Assembly: GCA_965602565.1 (NCBI GenBank)
Contig: CBFCZM010000001.1
Location: 1 to 40,027, forward strand
DNA length: 40,027 bases
DNA from: an uncultured Anaerolineae bacterium
GTDB lineage: Bacteria; Chloroflexota; Anaerolineae; B4-G1; SLSP01
Direction: 5' to 3'
Below, in pieces: positions 1 to 10,500 of this stretch; the stretch's first letter is position 1; each line of letters opens with the position of its first letter. The notes under the pieces were generated by a model, which saw nothing but the letters and a program-made list of their open reading frames with translations, searched no databases and was not told the DNA's origin. Both the position numbers and the translations under genes were made by a program.

Positions 1-1758
1 TCCCGGTATTCACTCATATCCACCCGTAGAAGCGCGTCCTTATCATCAAACAAGAACGCCGCCAGGGCTTTCGCAGTCTCGGTCTTGCCCACACCGGACG
101 GACCCAGGAAAAGGTAACTACCGATGGGACGACGGGGATCCTTGAGCCCTGCACGGGCGCGCCGGATTGCATCCGCAATCACACCGATGGCCTCGCCCTG
201 GCCCACGATGTACTCGCAGAGTGCCTCCTCCATCCGCAACAACTTGTCGGCCTCTTTCTCCATCACCTGATACACCGGAATGCCGGTCCACACCGAAACG
301 ATGTCGGCAATGTCTTCCGCCTCCACCGTCTCATCCAGTTGATGGCGATTCAGCCACTCCTCGCGCTGCTCGGCGAACTCCTGTTCCAGCCGCAGGCGCT
401 GCGTCTTGGCATCGGCGGCCCGCTCATAGTCGCGCATACTGCCCGCCGCCTCTTCCTCAACCCCCAGGCGGTTGATCTCCGCCTCCTTGGCCTTCAGATC
501 AGGAGGCAAGGTGAAGAGCGTCACGCGCAGCTTGGCGGCAGCCTCATCCATCAGATCGATAGCCTTATCCGGCAGGTGGCGATCAGGCACGTACCGGTGC
601 GAGAGTCGCGCCGCAGCCACCAAAGCCTCATCGCTGATGCGTACCTTGTGGTGTGCCTCATACCGATCCCGCAAACCGCGCAGCATCTCAATAGTGTCCT
701 CGACCAAGGGTTCTTCCACAAACACCGGGGCAAACCGGCGCTCCAACGCGCCGTCCTTCTCGATATACTGGCGGTACTCATCCAGCGTCGTGGCCCCGAT
801 GCACTGCAACTCACCGCGAGCCAGAGCAGGCTTGATCATATTGGAAGCATCCAGAGATCCTTGGGCGTTGCCGGCGCCGACTACCGTGTGCAGCTCATCG
901 AGGAAGAGGATATTCTCCCCCTGGGAGCGCTGAAGCTCCTCAAGAATCGACTTCAGGCGTTCCTCAAACTCTCCCCGGAACCGCGTCCCGGCGACCAAGG
1001 CCCCCAAATCCAACAGGAGCAGGTTCTTGCCCTTGAGGATCTCGGGCACATCATCGTTGGTGATATTCTGTGCGAGCCCTTCCACGATCGCCGTCTTTCC
1101 CACACCCGGCTCGCCGATCAGCACGGGATTGTTCTTTGTGCGTCGGACCAGGATCTGGATCACCCGTTGGATCTCTTTTTCTCGTCCGATCACTGGGTCC
1201 AGCTTGTGCTCCCGGGCAGACTGGGTGAGATCCCGGCTGAAGCGAGCCAGCGTACGGAACTTCGATTCAGCCTGCGGGCTGGTGACCCGTTGCCCCCCGC
1301 GCATGCTAACGATCGTCTCGCGGACCCGCTCGCGCGTGACGCTGTTGTCGCGCAGTAACTTCGAGACCGGAGTGTTCTGCTCAACCGTAATGGCGAGCAG
1401 CAGATGCTCCGTGGAGATGTACTCGTCCTTGAGCGCCGTGGCTTCCTCTTGGCTCAGGTCGAGGATGCGTTTCATCCTTGGGGTGATGAAGACCTGTTGA
1501 TTGCCGCGAGCCCCGTAGATCCCCGGGCGGGGATTGTCACGCAGCAGTGCATCCAGCGCCTCACTTAACTGAAGCGGTTCGGCGCCCAGTTCCTTTAGAA
1601 TGGCGGGAACCGTGCCCTCCTTCTGCTGGATGAGCGACAGCAACAAGTGTTCTACATCGACCTGGCTATGGCCATAACGTGTCATCAGCTCCACAGCCCG
1701 CTGGGCTGCTTCCTGAGCTCGTTCGGTGAAACGATCAAAGCGCATCATAGGCGACATA
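1..1758 (-). CDS. clpC: Clp/Hsp100 AAA+ chaperone-ATPase, ClpC-type, N-terminal ~586 aa (3' end runs off the window start)
   Basis: Reverse-strand translation from the ATG at 1758 starts [19 protein letters not shown]. It shows Clp_N-type repeats, NBD1 Walker [18 protein letters not shown] (nt ~1081-1130), a short UVR-like middle region ([15 protein letters not shown], nt ~400-460) and NBD2 Walker [18 protein letters not shown] (nt ~61-120). There is no stop before the window edge, so it is absent from the ORF track. About 345 aa between the two Walker A motifs favours ClpC over ClpB. Confidence 0.85.
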
Positions 1759-1763
1759 CCCCC

Positions 1764-2486
1764 TTACAAGCCAAGCGCGCCGTTCGTATAGGTGATCAGG
1801 GCTGCACGTGCAGCGGCCTGTTCCGCCATACGCTTGCTCGCGCCGGTTCCCTGTCCGGCAACGTCCACACCGACCAGAACCTGGGAGGTAAATGTCTTCG
1901 CGTGATCGGGGCCGGCCTCGTCAACAATCTGGTAGGCCGGTGTCTTGCCGAGCTCGGCCTGGGTCCACTCCTGGAAACGGGACTTTGCATCAACATAGGA
2001 CTCAGCGTCAAGAATCGCCTCAGCCCTACGGGCAAACCACGGCTCCAACCGGGACCAAATGACACTCAGCCCTCCGTCAAGATAGAGTGCACCGACAGCA
2101 GCCTCCAGGGCATCACACAGGTTCGCGGCACGCTCACTACCTCCGCTCTCCTCCTCACCCCGCCCAAGCCGGAGAGCGAAGCCAAGCTCCAGTTCACGAG
2201 CCAGGCTCGCCAGCGTCGTAGTGCGAACCAGAGTTGCGCGCAGGCGCGTCAATGGTCCTTCAGGGAAATCCCGGTACGTACGATACAGCCATACGGCGAC
2301 CAGGAAATCCAGGACTGCATCTCCCATGAACTCCAGACGCTGGTTGTGATGCTCTTCACCGCCCTCTTCGGGATGTTCGTGAGCATACGATGGGTGCGTG
2401 AGTGCCAGTTCCAGAAGTGTCAGGTCCCGAAATGTATACTGTAGGTTTGCTTGGATTCTGAGTAGGGGATCTTCACTCTTACCCAT
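1764..2486 (-). CDS. rnc: Ribonuclease III
   Basis: RNase III signature NQRLEFMGDAVLDFLVAVWLY preceded by LALTHPSY, with a C-terminal dsRBD-like region. I prefer the ATG at 2486 (MGKSEDPLL, with GGGAGA 4-5 nt upstream). The longest ORF starts at 2540. Confidence 0.9.
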   Translation of the reverse strand: MGKSEDPLLRIQANLQYTFRDLTLLELALTHPSYAHEHPEEGGEEHHNQRLEFMGDAVLDFLVAVWLYRTYRDFPEGPLTRLRATLVRTTTLASLARELELGFALRLGRGEEESGGSERAANLCDALEAAVGALYLDGGLSVIWSRLEPWFARRAEAILDAESYVDAKSRFQEWTQAELGKTPAYQIVDEAGPDHAKTFTSQVLVGVDVAGQGTGASKRMAEQAAARAALITYTNGALGL

Positions 2487-2591
2487 GAACTCTCCCAAGA
2501 GATCGTGCACGGAAGGGGTGAATCTCCACAACCGTCTCATGGATTATAGCATACTCAAGACCGCGAGGGTAGTCCCAAAGGCGTGCAAACA

Positions 2592-3416
2592 TCATAGACC
2601 GTAGTTGCTCATCAACAGCTTCTCAAACAACCGACCAGGCAGCACCCGGCTGGCCACAACTGCCAGCTTCTCGTAGAATGGGCCGACCAAATACCGGGGA
2701 CGCGGCGCTCGCAGATTGACGATCCGTACTAGCGCCGCCCCCACGACCTCTGCAGAGGCACCGTTTATCTCATCTGACTCAATCCTGCTCAAAGCTGCCG
2801 CATAGTCGGCTCGGTAGACCGGACTGGTCTGTGACGCCGCAGTGTGTCGTCGATTGGCAGTGAAGGGTGTATGAATATCGCCCGGCTCCAGCAGCACGAC
2901 GTTGATGCCAAAGCGCTGCACCTCCATACGCAGCGAAGCAGTGAGGCCCTCCAGGGCGAACTTGCTGGCGCTGTACAGACCCTGATAGGGCAGCCCCATC
3001 AAACCACCAATAGAACTTACGTTGACGATAAGGCCGCTGCCCTGTTCGCGCATCGTCGGAAGCACCACCAGGCACACGCGCATGGGCCCGAAGAGATTCG
3101 TCTCAAACAGAGCCTGGGCTTCAGCCACCGAAGTATCCTCAACACTACCGCCGTAACCAAAGCCCGCGTTATTGACCACGACGTCAAGACGCCCGGTTGC
3201 TTCGAGCACCGATTGCACACCGGCCTCGACAGAGTTCGCATCATCGACATCCATCTGCAGGAATGTGAAACCGGGGGCCTCCCCCGGTGGCGTGCGGCTC
3301 GTACCATAGACCTGATCGCCCTGCGCCACCAATGCATCGGCACAAGCCCTGCCGATGCCGCTGCGAGCACCGGTGATGAGCACGATTCTGCGTTCCGATC
3401 GGTTCATTTTGGACAT
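2592..3416 (-). CDS. Short-chain dehydrogenase/reductase (SDR) family oxidoreductase
   Basis: N-terminal Rossmann motif VLITGARSGIGRA, NNAG motif (VVVNNAGFG) and catalytic YSASKFALEG (YxxxK). Confidence 0.85.
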   Translation of the reverse strand: MSKMNRSERRIVLITGARSGIGRACADALVAQGDQVYGTSRTPPGEAPGFTFLQMDVDDANSVEAGVQSVLEATGRLDVVVNNAGFGYGGSVEDTSVAEAQALFETNLFGPMRVCLVVLPTMREQGSGLIVNVSSIGGLMGLPYQGLYSASKFALEGLTASLRMEVQRFGINVVLLEPGDIHTPFTANRRHTAASQTSPVYRADYAAALSRIESDEINGASAEVVGAALVRIVNLRAPRPRYLVGPFYEKLAVVASRVLPGRLFEKLLMSNYGL

Positions 3417-3608
3417 ACTCCTCGCAACCTGGCTGTTCGCTTCATCCTAGCGCAACAATGGGCAAGTGCAAGAAAGCTGCACCTGGCTGTGGTATACTTA
3501 CGGCGATGAGCACCATCAACGAACAGCTCGATCAGCGCGCTCCTCTACATCGAACTGGTTGAGTCTGTATCGCTGACATCACGAGCAAACACACGCGCTG
3601 GGTGATTA

Positions 3609-4310
3609 GTGGGAAGTGAGAAGCTGATGAGGAGGTCCAGGCTGGAACCCAAACACCGCGATAGCAGCGACGGGTTCAGCGCCAGTACTATACCACGTCC
3701 GGAGACAACCGGCGAACGCATTGCCCATTGGGTTTCACAACTGGGCAGCCCGCCGGCGGCCGGCGTCGCGGCATCATCCATCACGGTTGCACGGCTGACT
3801 GTGCCAGGGCTTTGGCAGTGGGTTGCAATCTACGTCCTCCTGGCCTTGGCTGCCCCCCTGGGCTTCCTGATCTGGCAGGTACGCCAAGGGCACGTCACAG
3901 ATCTTGACGTCTATTTCCGCAAGCAGCGGAAGGGATCCCTCTTGGTGACCATCGCCGGGTTGGGACTCACGTGGCTGTTGATGAACCTGGGCAGCGCGCC
4001 CCCTATCTTGCGGTTCATGGTGGGCGCCGGACTGCTGACGTGGGCAGCGATCTACTTGGTTACCTTGCGCTGGAAGATCAGCATCCACGCCGCCTCCATC
4101 TCCGGAATGGGCTTCTTCCTTGTCTGGGGATTTGGATTGGGCGCAGTACCCGCCCTACTCGCGATTCCGGCGGTCGGTTGGTCGCGCGTCAAGCTCCGCC
4201 GGCACACACCGGCACAGGTGCTCGCCGGTACGGGATTGGGATGTCTTGCGGTCGCAGTAGCCGTGCTCTGCAGCCCCGGCCTTCGCACACCGGGATTCCT
4301 GACTCGCTAG
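3609..4310 (+). CDS. Integral membrane protein, PAP2 (type-2 phosphatidic acid phosphatase)-like; start uncertain
   Basis: About five hydrophobic helices. PAP2-like C2/C3 motifs: KISIHAASISG and WSRVKLRRHTPAQVLAG (compare SRxxxxxHxxxD, with the last D replaced by Q). The first ~60 aa of the longest ORF (GTG at 3609) look non-globular, so the true start may be downstream. Confidence 0.5.
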   Translation: MGSEKLMRRSRLEPKHRDSSDGFSASTIPRPETTGERIAHWVSQLGSPPAAGVAASSITVARLTVPGLWQWVAIYVLLALAAPLGFLIWQVRQGHVTDLDVYFRKQRKGSLLVTIAGLGLTWLLMNLGSAPPILRFMVGAGLLTWAAIYLVTLRWKISIHAASISGMGFFLVWGFGLGAVPALLAIPAVGWSRVKLRRHTPAQVLAGTGLGCLAVAVAVLCSPGLRTPGFLTR

Positions 4311-4517
4311 CGTAGGAGAGAAGGGGAACAGGATCGCGTCTTTGGGATGCTGTTCCGCGCCTCCGACGAGGAGACACGCGCAACGCCAGGCAGCGGGTCG
4401 GGGCTGCATCAATCGCGACGCCTGTCGGCCCCCCAGAACGGGGATATCGGGGTCGAAGGCCAACCTGGTCGCGGGTTCACCTTCTGGGTGACCCTGCCCG
4501 CGTCCCAACCGGGCTAG
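4311..4517 (+). pseudogene. Relic of a histidine-kinase C-terminus (HATPase_c G2 box to end)
   Basis: Translation is RRREGEQDRVFGMLFRASDEETRATPGSGSGLHQSRRLSAPQNGDIGVEGQPGRGFTFWVTLPASQPG*. This matches the end of HATPase_c: (E)RIFE.F.R, then GSGLGL, then GG.I.VES..G.G..F.F.LP. There is no DHp/H-box or N/G1 boxes and no usable start. It lies in the same frame as the upstream ORF, separated only by the TAG at 4308-4310. Confidence 0.45.
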
Positions 4518-4559
4518 AACATCCAACGCACGCAAACCAGCCACCACCGGAGATACAGT

Positions 4560-7463
4560 ATGCGCTTCTGGACAAAGGTGCTTTCAGGGATCGGCGTCGT
4601 CCTGCTAAGTACAGCCACCGGCACCCCAGGCCGTGCCGGACTGGGTGCGGCTGCGTCCGAGATCCCCACCATCCGAGACACCGCGCCGTCGCGCCCCGAA
4701 GCTCTTCTTCCCGCGCCGGTGCCTCTCAGACTGAGAATCGGCACATTCGATCCGCTGCTGACTTCGCCAAAGGTGCCGGCGGCGCTGCAACGCAGCCCTG
4801 CAGCGGGAGCACCTTCACTGCAGCTGGTGCAATTCCCAGGACCTATCCAGGACAGCTGGTATGCCGCACTACAAGACGCAGGTTTGGGCATCGTGCTCTA
4901 CATCCCGGACTACACATATCTAGTCTGGGGAACAGAAGCTGCGGTGCGTGAGCTGGCGACCGGATCACAGGTTCGATGGACGGGCAGTTACGAGGCATCC
5001 TATGCACTGCACCCCAGACTTCAGCAGTCGCTCGACGAGCCATCTGCCGGCCCCGCCGTCGTGCAGGTCTACGACCATGCAGGCGCTGAGATGACCCTTG
5101 CCACGATCCGGGCGCTAGCCACAGAGGTCGTGCGACCGGCAGAGACTGTCGGACACCTGACCAATCTGGGTATCCGCGTAACGGGGACCAACCTCTCACA
5201 GATTACGACCCTCCCCGAGGTGATCACCGTCGAACCATTGCTCCACCCGGACCGTCTGGACGAGATACAGGGCCAGATCATGGCCGGCAACCTTACACCG
5301 GATGGAGGCCGGCCGGCAGCAACCGGATACCTGACGTGGTTGACCGCGACCGTTGGGTTCACCACAACCCCGGAGGTCTACCCCATAATCGACATCACCG
5401 ACGACGGCATCGATGATGGCGATGTGACGCCTCAGCATGCCGACTTCTACGAAGACGGCGACCCCGGCAAACCGGACCGGTTGATCTACAACGCAAACTG
5501 GACCACGGACCCGACCGCCGACGGAGGTGGCGGCCACGGCAACATCAACGCAGCCATTGCCGGCGGCTACAATGGACTGGCCGGCGCGCCTTACGAAGAC
5601 GCCAACGGCTACAACCTCGGATTGGGAATCAACCCATTTGGCCGTGTCGCGGGGTCCAAGGTCTTCGGCAACACCAGCGGCTGGGCTTTTCCCAGGTATA
5701 CTGACCTGGTTGCCGGGTCCTATTCTGGTGGCGCCCGCATCATCTCTAATTCCTGGGGAGACACGGATGGCGACGGCTCGTATCTGGTCGCCGATCAGAC
5801 CTATGACGCCCTGGTGCGCGATGCCGATTCTGCCGCCCCGGGAGAGCAGCCTGTGACGATTGTCTTCTCGGCCGGCAATTCCGGCAACGGGGCCAGTACC
5901 ATCGGTTCGCCGGCCAACGCCAAGAACGTCATCACGGTCGGTGCCACGGAGAGCTACCGGCCCACATGGACCGATGGATGCGGTGTCAACGCCGCCGCAG
6001 CTGACAACGCCAACGATATTCCCGGGTTCTCCAGCCGCGGCCCCACGACGGATGGTCGTGTGAAGCCCGAGTTGGTTGCACCGGGGACCCATATCCAGGG
6101 CGCTGCATCCCAGACGGCGAATTACACCGGCTACTATGTATGTGACAGGTACTATCCCAGCAGTCAGACGCTCTACGCGGCCTCCTCGGGCACAAGCCAT
6201 GCAACCCCCGCGGTCGCGGGCGCCGCCTCGCTGCTGACCTACTTCTATCAGGATCAAGTCACAGCCGCCGCTCCCAGCCCGGCGATGGTCAAGGCTTACT
6301 TGGTCAGCTCCGCGCGCTATCTCAACGGCGTCAGCACCGGTGACACGCTCCCCTCAAACAACCAGGGATATGGCGCCGTGGACCTGGGTATTGCCTTCGA
6401 CGACACTCAGCGGATTGTGCACGACCAACACACCGTGCTCCATACGACAGGTGAGTCCCACGTGATCCAGAGTTCTGTCGCCCAGAGTGATAGGCCCCTC
6501 AGGATCACCCTGGCCTGGACTGATCCTCCTGGCCCAACCGTTGGGGCGGCCTACGTCAATGATCTCGATCTCGTCGTGACCGTCGAGGGGCAGACCTACC
6601 TGGGAAACGTCTTCTCCGGTGCCCACTCGGTCGCAGGCGGCAGTGCCGATCCCCGCAACAATGTGGAGGGCGTCTTCTTGCCCGCCGGCCTTCACGGCAG
6701 CCTCACGATCACGGTTGCGGCGACCAATCTGGCCAGTGACGGCGTGCCGGCCGATGTAGATCCTACCGATCAGGACTTCGCACTGGTCTGCTACAACTGC
6801 CAGCAGGAGAGCCCCTTCGCCCTGTCGATCACGCCCTCTGAACTGGCCATATGCCGTCCCGACACGGCCATTTTCACAGTGACCACCTCGCCGGCGTCCG
6901 GGTTTGACAACGACATCGCGCTCGCGGCGACAGATGTACCCACTGATGCCGTGGCCCTGTTTACCCCCAATCCGGTCACAGCCGGCGACACTAGCCGACT
7001 CACAGTTAGCATGACCACAGCCACCACGACAGGCACCTACCAGCTTGCCATCGCCGGCGCCGCGCAGACCCACGCCGTGACGACAACCGCTACACTGAAC
7101 GTCAGGACCACTCCAGAGGGACAGGCAGCCCTGATCAGCCCGGCTAGTGGGACCTCAACGACCACCGCCTCGCTGCCACCACTGGCGTGGGCACCCATCG
7201 CGGGCGCAACGCGCTATACCGTTGCCGTCGCCACCGACCCTGAGGTCTCGACGGCGGTCTACATCACCACCACCCAGGCGCTCACGCATACCATACCGCG
7301 GGATCTGGCGCCGGACACGACCTACTATTGGCAGGTGACTGGCTCGAATCTATGCGGGCCCGGCATCCCCTCACCCATCTTCAGCTTCACCCTCGAACGC
7401 CGGGGCCTCCTTCACTACTACCTACCCCTGTTCTTCATCCCCCCTGCCGACGAGGCCAATTGA
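4560..7463 (+). CDS. Secreted subtilisin-like serine protease (peptidase S8) with C-terminal beta-sandwich/Fn3-like domains
   Basis: N-terminal signal-like segment MRFWTKVLSGIGVVLLSTATG. Catalytic motifs: Asp IIDITDDGIDDG, His GGGHGNINAAIAGG, oxyanion Asn IISNSWGD, Ser SGTSHATPAVAGAASLL. A P/fervidolysin-like domain follows (LRITLAWTDPPG, DLDLVV), then repeated T/A-rich Ig/Fn3-like modules. Confidence 0.9.
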   Translation: MRFWTKVLSGIGVVLLSTATGTPGRAGLGAAASEIPTIRDTAPSRPEALLPAPVPLRLRIGTFDPLLTSPKVPAALQRSPAAGAPSLQLVQFPGPIQDSWYAALQDAGLGIVLYIPDYTYLVWGTEAAVRELATGSQVRWTGSYEASYALHPRLQQSLDEPSAGPAVVQVYDHAGAEMTLATIRALATEVVRPAETVGHLTNLGIRVTGTNLSQITTLPEVITVEPLLHPDRLDEIQGQIMAGNLTPDGGRPAATGYLTWLTATVGFTTTPEVYPIIDITDDGIDDGDVTPQHADFYEDGDPGKPDRLIYNANWTTDPTADGGGGHGNINAAIAGGYNGLAGAPYEDANGYNLGLGINPFGRVAGSKVFGNTSGWAFPRYTDLVAGSYSGGARIISNSWGDTDGDGSYLVADQTYDALVRDADSAAPGEQPVTIVFSAGNSGNGASTIGSPANAKNVITVGATESYRPTWTDGCGVNAAAADNANDIPGFSSRGPTTDGRVKPELVAPGTHIQGAASQTANYTGYYVCDRYYPSSQTLYAASSGTSHATPAVAGAASLLTYFYQDQVTAAAPSPAMVKAYLVSSARYLNGVSTGDTLPSNNQGYGAVDLGIAFDDTQRIVHDQHTVLHTTGESHVIQSSVAQSDRPLRITLAWTDPPGPTVGAAYVNDLDLVVTVEGQTYLGNVFSGAHSVAGGSADPRNNVEGVFLPAGLHGSLTITVAATNLASDGVPADVDPTDQDFALVCYNCQQESPFALSITPSELAICRPDTAIFTVTTSPASGFDNDIALAATDVPTDAVALFTPNPVTAGDTSRLTVSMTTATTTGTYQLAIAGAAQTHAVTTTATLNVRTTPEGQAALISPASGTSTTTASLPPLAWAPIAGATRYTVAVATDPEVSTAVYITTTQALTHTIPRDLAPDTTYYWQVTGSNLCGPGIPSPIFSFTLERRGLLHYYLPLFFIPPADEAN

Positions 7464-7529
7464 CAGCCGAATAGCAGCGTGGAAAGACAGCCTACAGCCC
7501 ATGCGACCCGTCGCTCCCACAGTCATCCT

Positions 7530-7557
7530 TTGACACGTGGACCAATCCCGGTAGAAT
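7530..7557 (+). promoter_or_regulatory. Sigma-70-type promoter upstream of the Mo-hydroxylase-like gene
   Basis: TTGACA (7530-7535), 16 nt spacer, TAGAAT (7552-7557), about 40 nt upstream of the ATG at 7597, which has GGTGAGGA as its SD. Confidence 0.5.
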
Positions 7558-7596
7558 TGGGGAAATACGTCACGTTGTTTTCCCAGGTGAGGATCT

Positions 7597-10500
7597 ATGT
7601 TGATCTCGGTGACCTTGAATGGCGAGAGGCGTCAGTTTGGTGTCGCTCCGCAAGAGACGCTGTTCCGCCTTCTGCGACGTGAGGGATTGCATGGCGTCAA
7701 GTTTGGCAGCGAGGACGGCTCGGACGGTTACAGTACCGTGTTGGTCAACGGGCGCCCGCACAGCAGTGTCGTGTTGCTGGCGGCCCAGGCCGACGGTGCG
7801 GAGATCGTCACCGTGGAAGGGCTGAGCGAAGGTCGCCAATTGGGCTGGCACCGTCAAAGCGCCTACCACCCGCTGCAGAAAGCCTTTGTCGAAACCGGCG
7901 CCATCCAGAGCGGCTACGATACCCCTGCCTTGATCCTCGCCGGTCTGGCACTCCTCACCCGCACCGCCAGCCCCACCGAAACCGAAGTCCGTGACGCTAT
8001 CAGTGGGATTGTTTCCCGCGAGACCGGGCATGTCAAACCCGTGGACGCCATTCTGCGCGCAGCGGCCTACCTACGTGGTGACACCCCCCCACCGATCGGC
8101 GGAGAATCGGGCGCGGACCTCTTCGTGATGCCGGACACGCTGTTACCCTCCGGAGAAGCCCTGGCCGAAAGCTCACCTGCTGATGATATCGGGCCGTCTG
8201 AGTCGGGGAGCACCTCGAGCGGTGGTGTACAAACACGGATCAAAGCCCTGCCCACGGTCTTTGTAACTGCAGAATCCCAGGAATTCACCGTCGTCGGGCA
8301 GCCGCTGCCAAAGGTTGATGCCCCGAAACTGGCACGGGGACATGCCGCGTTCGTCGCCGATTTTGAGCGGCCGGGCATGCTCTACGGCAAGATCCTGCAC
8401 AGTCCCCACGCCCACGCGCGGATCAAGGATATCGACACCCACGATGCCGAGGCCCTACACGGCGTCCGTGCGGTGCTCACATATAAGAACGTGCCCCACG
8501 TCATCTACTCCACCGCTGGGCAATCCTACCCCATACCCGGGCCTCTCGACTACGTCAGCTTCGACAACAAGGTGCGTTACGTCGGTGATCGGGTTGCGGC
8601 CGTGGCAGCTGACACCCCGGAGATCGCTGAGGAAGCGCTTTCGCTGATCCGCATAGACTACGAGGTCCTCCCTCCTGTACTCGACCTCGACGCGGCGATG
8701 GCGGAGGGCAGCCCTATCATCCACGATGAGGAGGACTACGTCCCCTTCGGCGAGAGCGATCCCACAAAGAATCTCGTCGCCAAGGTCAAGATCGATGTCG
8801 GTGACGTTGACGCGGCCTGCGAACGAGCGGCTCACGTCTTCGAGACAACCGTGGATACGCAGCGAATGAAGCACGTGCCGCTGGAACCATGGGTGACCCT
8901 GACCTACTGGGATGAGGACGATCGACTCGTCATCCTGACGTCCACACAGGTCCCATTCCACGTGCGCCGTATCCTGGCCCCCGTGTTGGGCCTGTCGGAA
9001 CGCCAGATTCGTGTGATCAAGCCGCGCATCGGCGCGGCCTTCGGCAACAAGCAGGAGATCTACGAGGATATCCCGGCCCATCTGACCATCGCGACCGGTC
9101 GCCCGGTCCTGCTCAAACTCACGCGCGAGGAGCAGTTCATCTACACAACCACACGCCATCCGATGCGCGTCAAGTTCCGCATCGGCGTCGACGACGACGG
9201 GACGATGGTGGCACAGGATATGCGGGCACTGAGCGATACGGGCGCCTACGGTGGCCATGGGCTTACGGTCCTGGGCAACACCGGCCACAAAACGCTGCCC
9301 ATCTATGACACCCCGAATGTCCGCTTCTGGGGCGAGACCTACTACACGACGCTGCCGCGAGCCGGCGCCTTTCGGGGCTACGGTGTAACACAAGGTGTAG
9401 TGGCGACAGAGACGCTGATCACGCAGGCCGCCCGCGAATTGGGATGGGATCCTCTGGAGTTCCGGTTGAAGAACATCATCTCCCCGCACACCGAGAACAT
9501 TATGAGCAAGACGTGGAGCGAGGGGCGTGAGGCGCGCGGCGAGATCATTGAGACTAACGCCCTCCGCGAGGCCGCCATTCAGGGCGCATCGGCGGTGGGT
9601 TGGGTCCAGAAGTACGGGAATGCGCAATGGCACACGGTATTGGGGAAACCCCATCTGCGCCGCGGGATCGGGGTGGCATTCTTGATGCAGGGGTCCGGCA
9701 TTCCCAACCTCGACATGGCGGCGGCCAGTATGAAGATGAACGACGATGGCTCTTTCAACCTGATGATGGGGGCAACAGACCTGGGCACGGGGTCGGACAC
9801 AGTGTTGGGCCAGATCGCGGCTGAAGTAGTGGGATGCGGCTTGGACGATCTGATCATCCGCTCTTCCGATACCGACGTCACGCCGTTCGACAAGGGGGCC
9901 TACGCCTCCAGCACGACTTACATCAGCGGCGGCGCGGTCGCGCGCGCGGCGGAGGATGTGGCACGGCAGATCAAAGCCGTAGCCGCCGATATGGCCGGTG
10001 GCGAAGCCGGTGACTTCACGTTGGGGCAGGGGCGCGCCTGGCGCGACGATGGGCTGAGCCTCAGCTTCCGCGAGATCGCACTGCACGCGTTGCACACACA
10101 GAACCAGCACCAGATTATGGGGCATGCATCATTCGTGAGCCCCGTAAGCCCACCGCCCTTCGCTGCGCAGTTCGCCGAGGTCACCGTCGATACGGAGACC
10201 GGGCAGACTACGGTCGACAATCTTCTGATTGCTCTGGATTCGGGCCAGATCATCAATCCATTGACAGCCAGCGGGCAAGCCGAAGGAGGCATGCATCAGG
10301 CCCTGGGATATGCGCTGACGGAGGAGTTGATCTACGACGCTCAAGGCCGGACTGTGAACCCACGCTTTGACGACTACCGTGTCTTCCGCGCCGACGAAAG
10401 TCCGCCTATGCAAACGCTCTTCATCGAAACCTTCGAACCCTCTCACCCGGTCGGGGCCAAATCGGTGGCCGAGATCGTCGTCAATGGTGTGACGCCGGCA

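Noticed and set aside
1-1758. Initial call of ClpB for the partial AAA+ gene, based on its N-domain and the FLFDD context.
   Set aside because: The middle region is short (~345 aa between Walker A motifs) and contains a UVR-like DYERAADAK segment, as in ClpC. The ClpP-binding loop that would settle the question lies outside the window.
3545-3784. 79-aa minus-strand ORF and an 18-codon plus-strand uORF (MSTINEQLDQRAPLHRTG) in the SDR/PAP2 divergent region.
   Set aside because: There is no SD, no motif, and both overlap the likely promoter/5' region. They are indistinguishable from chance.
8455-10125. Very long ORFs antisense to real genes: 8455-10125 (556 aa), 5196-6257, 18048-19328, 15558-16580, 20626-21594, 30807-31679, 28509-29282 and 339-1358.
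   Set aside because: These are typical high-GC shadow ORFs. Their translations are Arg/Gly/Pro/Ala-rich with no motifs, and each lies fully opposite a gene with unmistakable family signatures.
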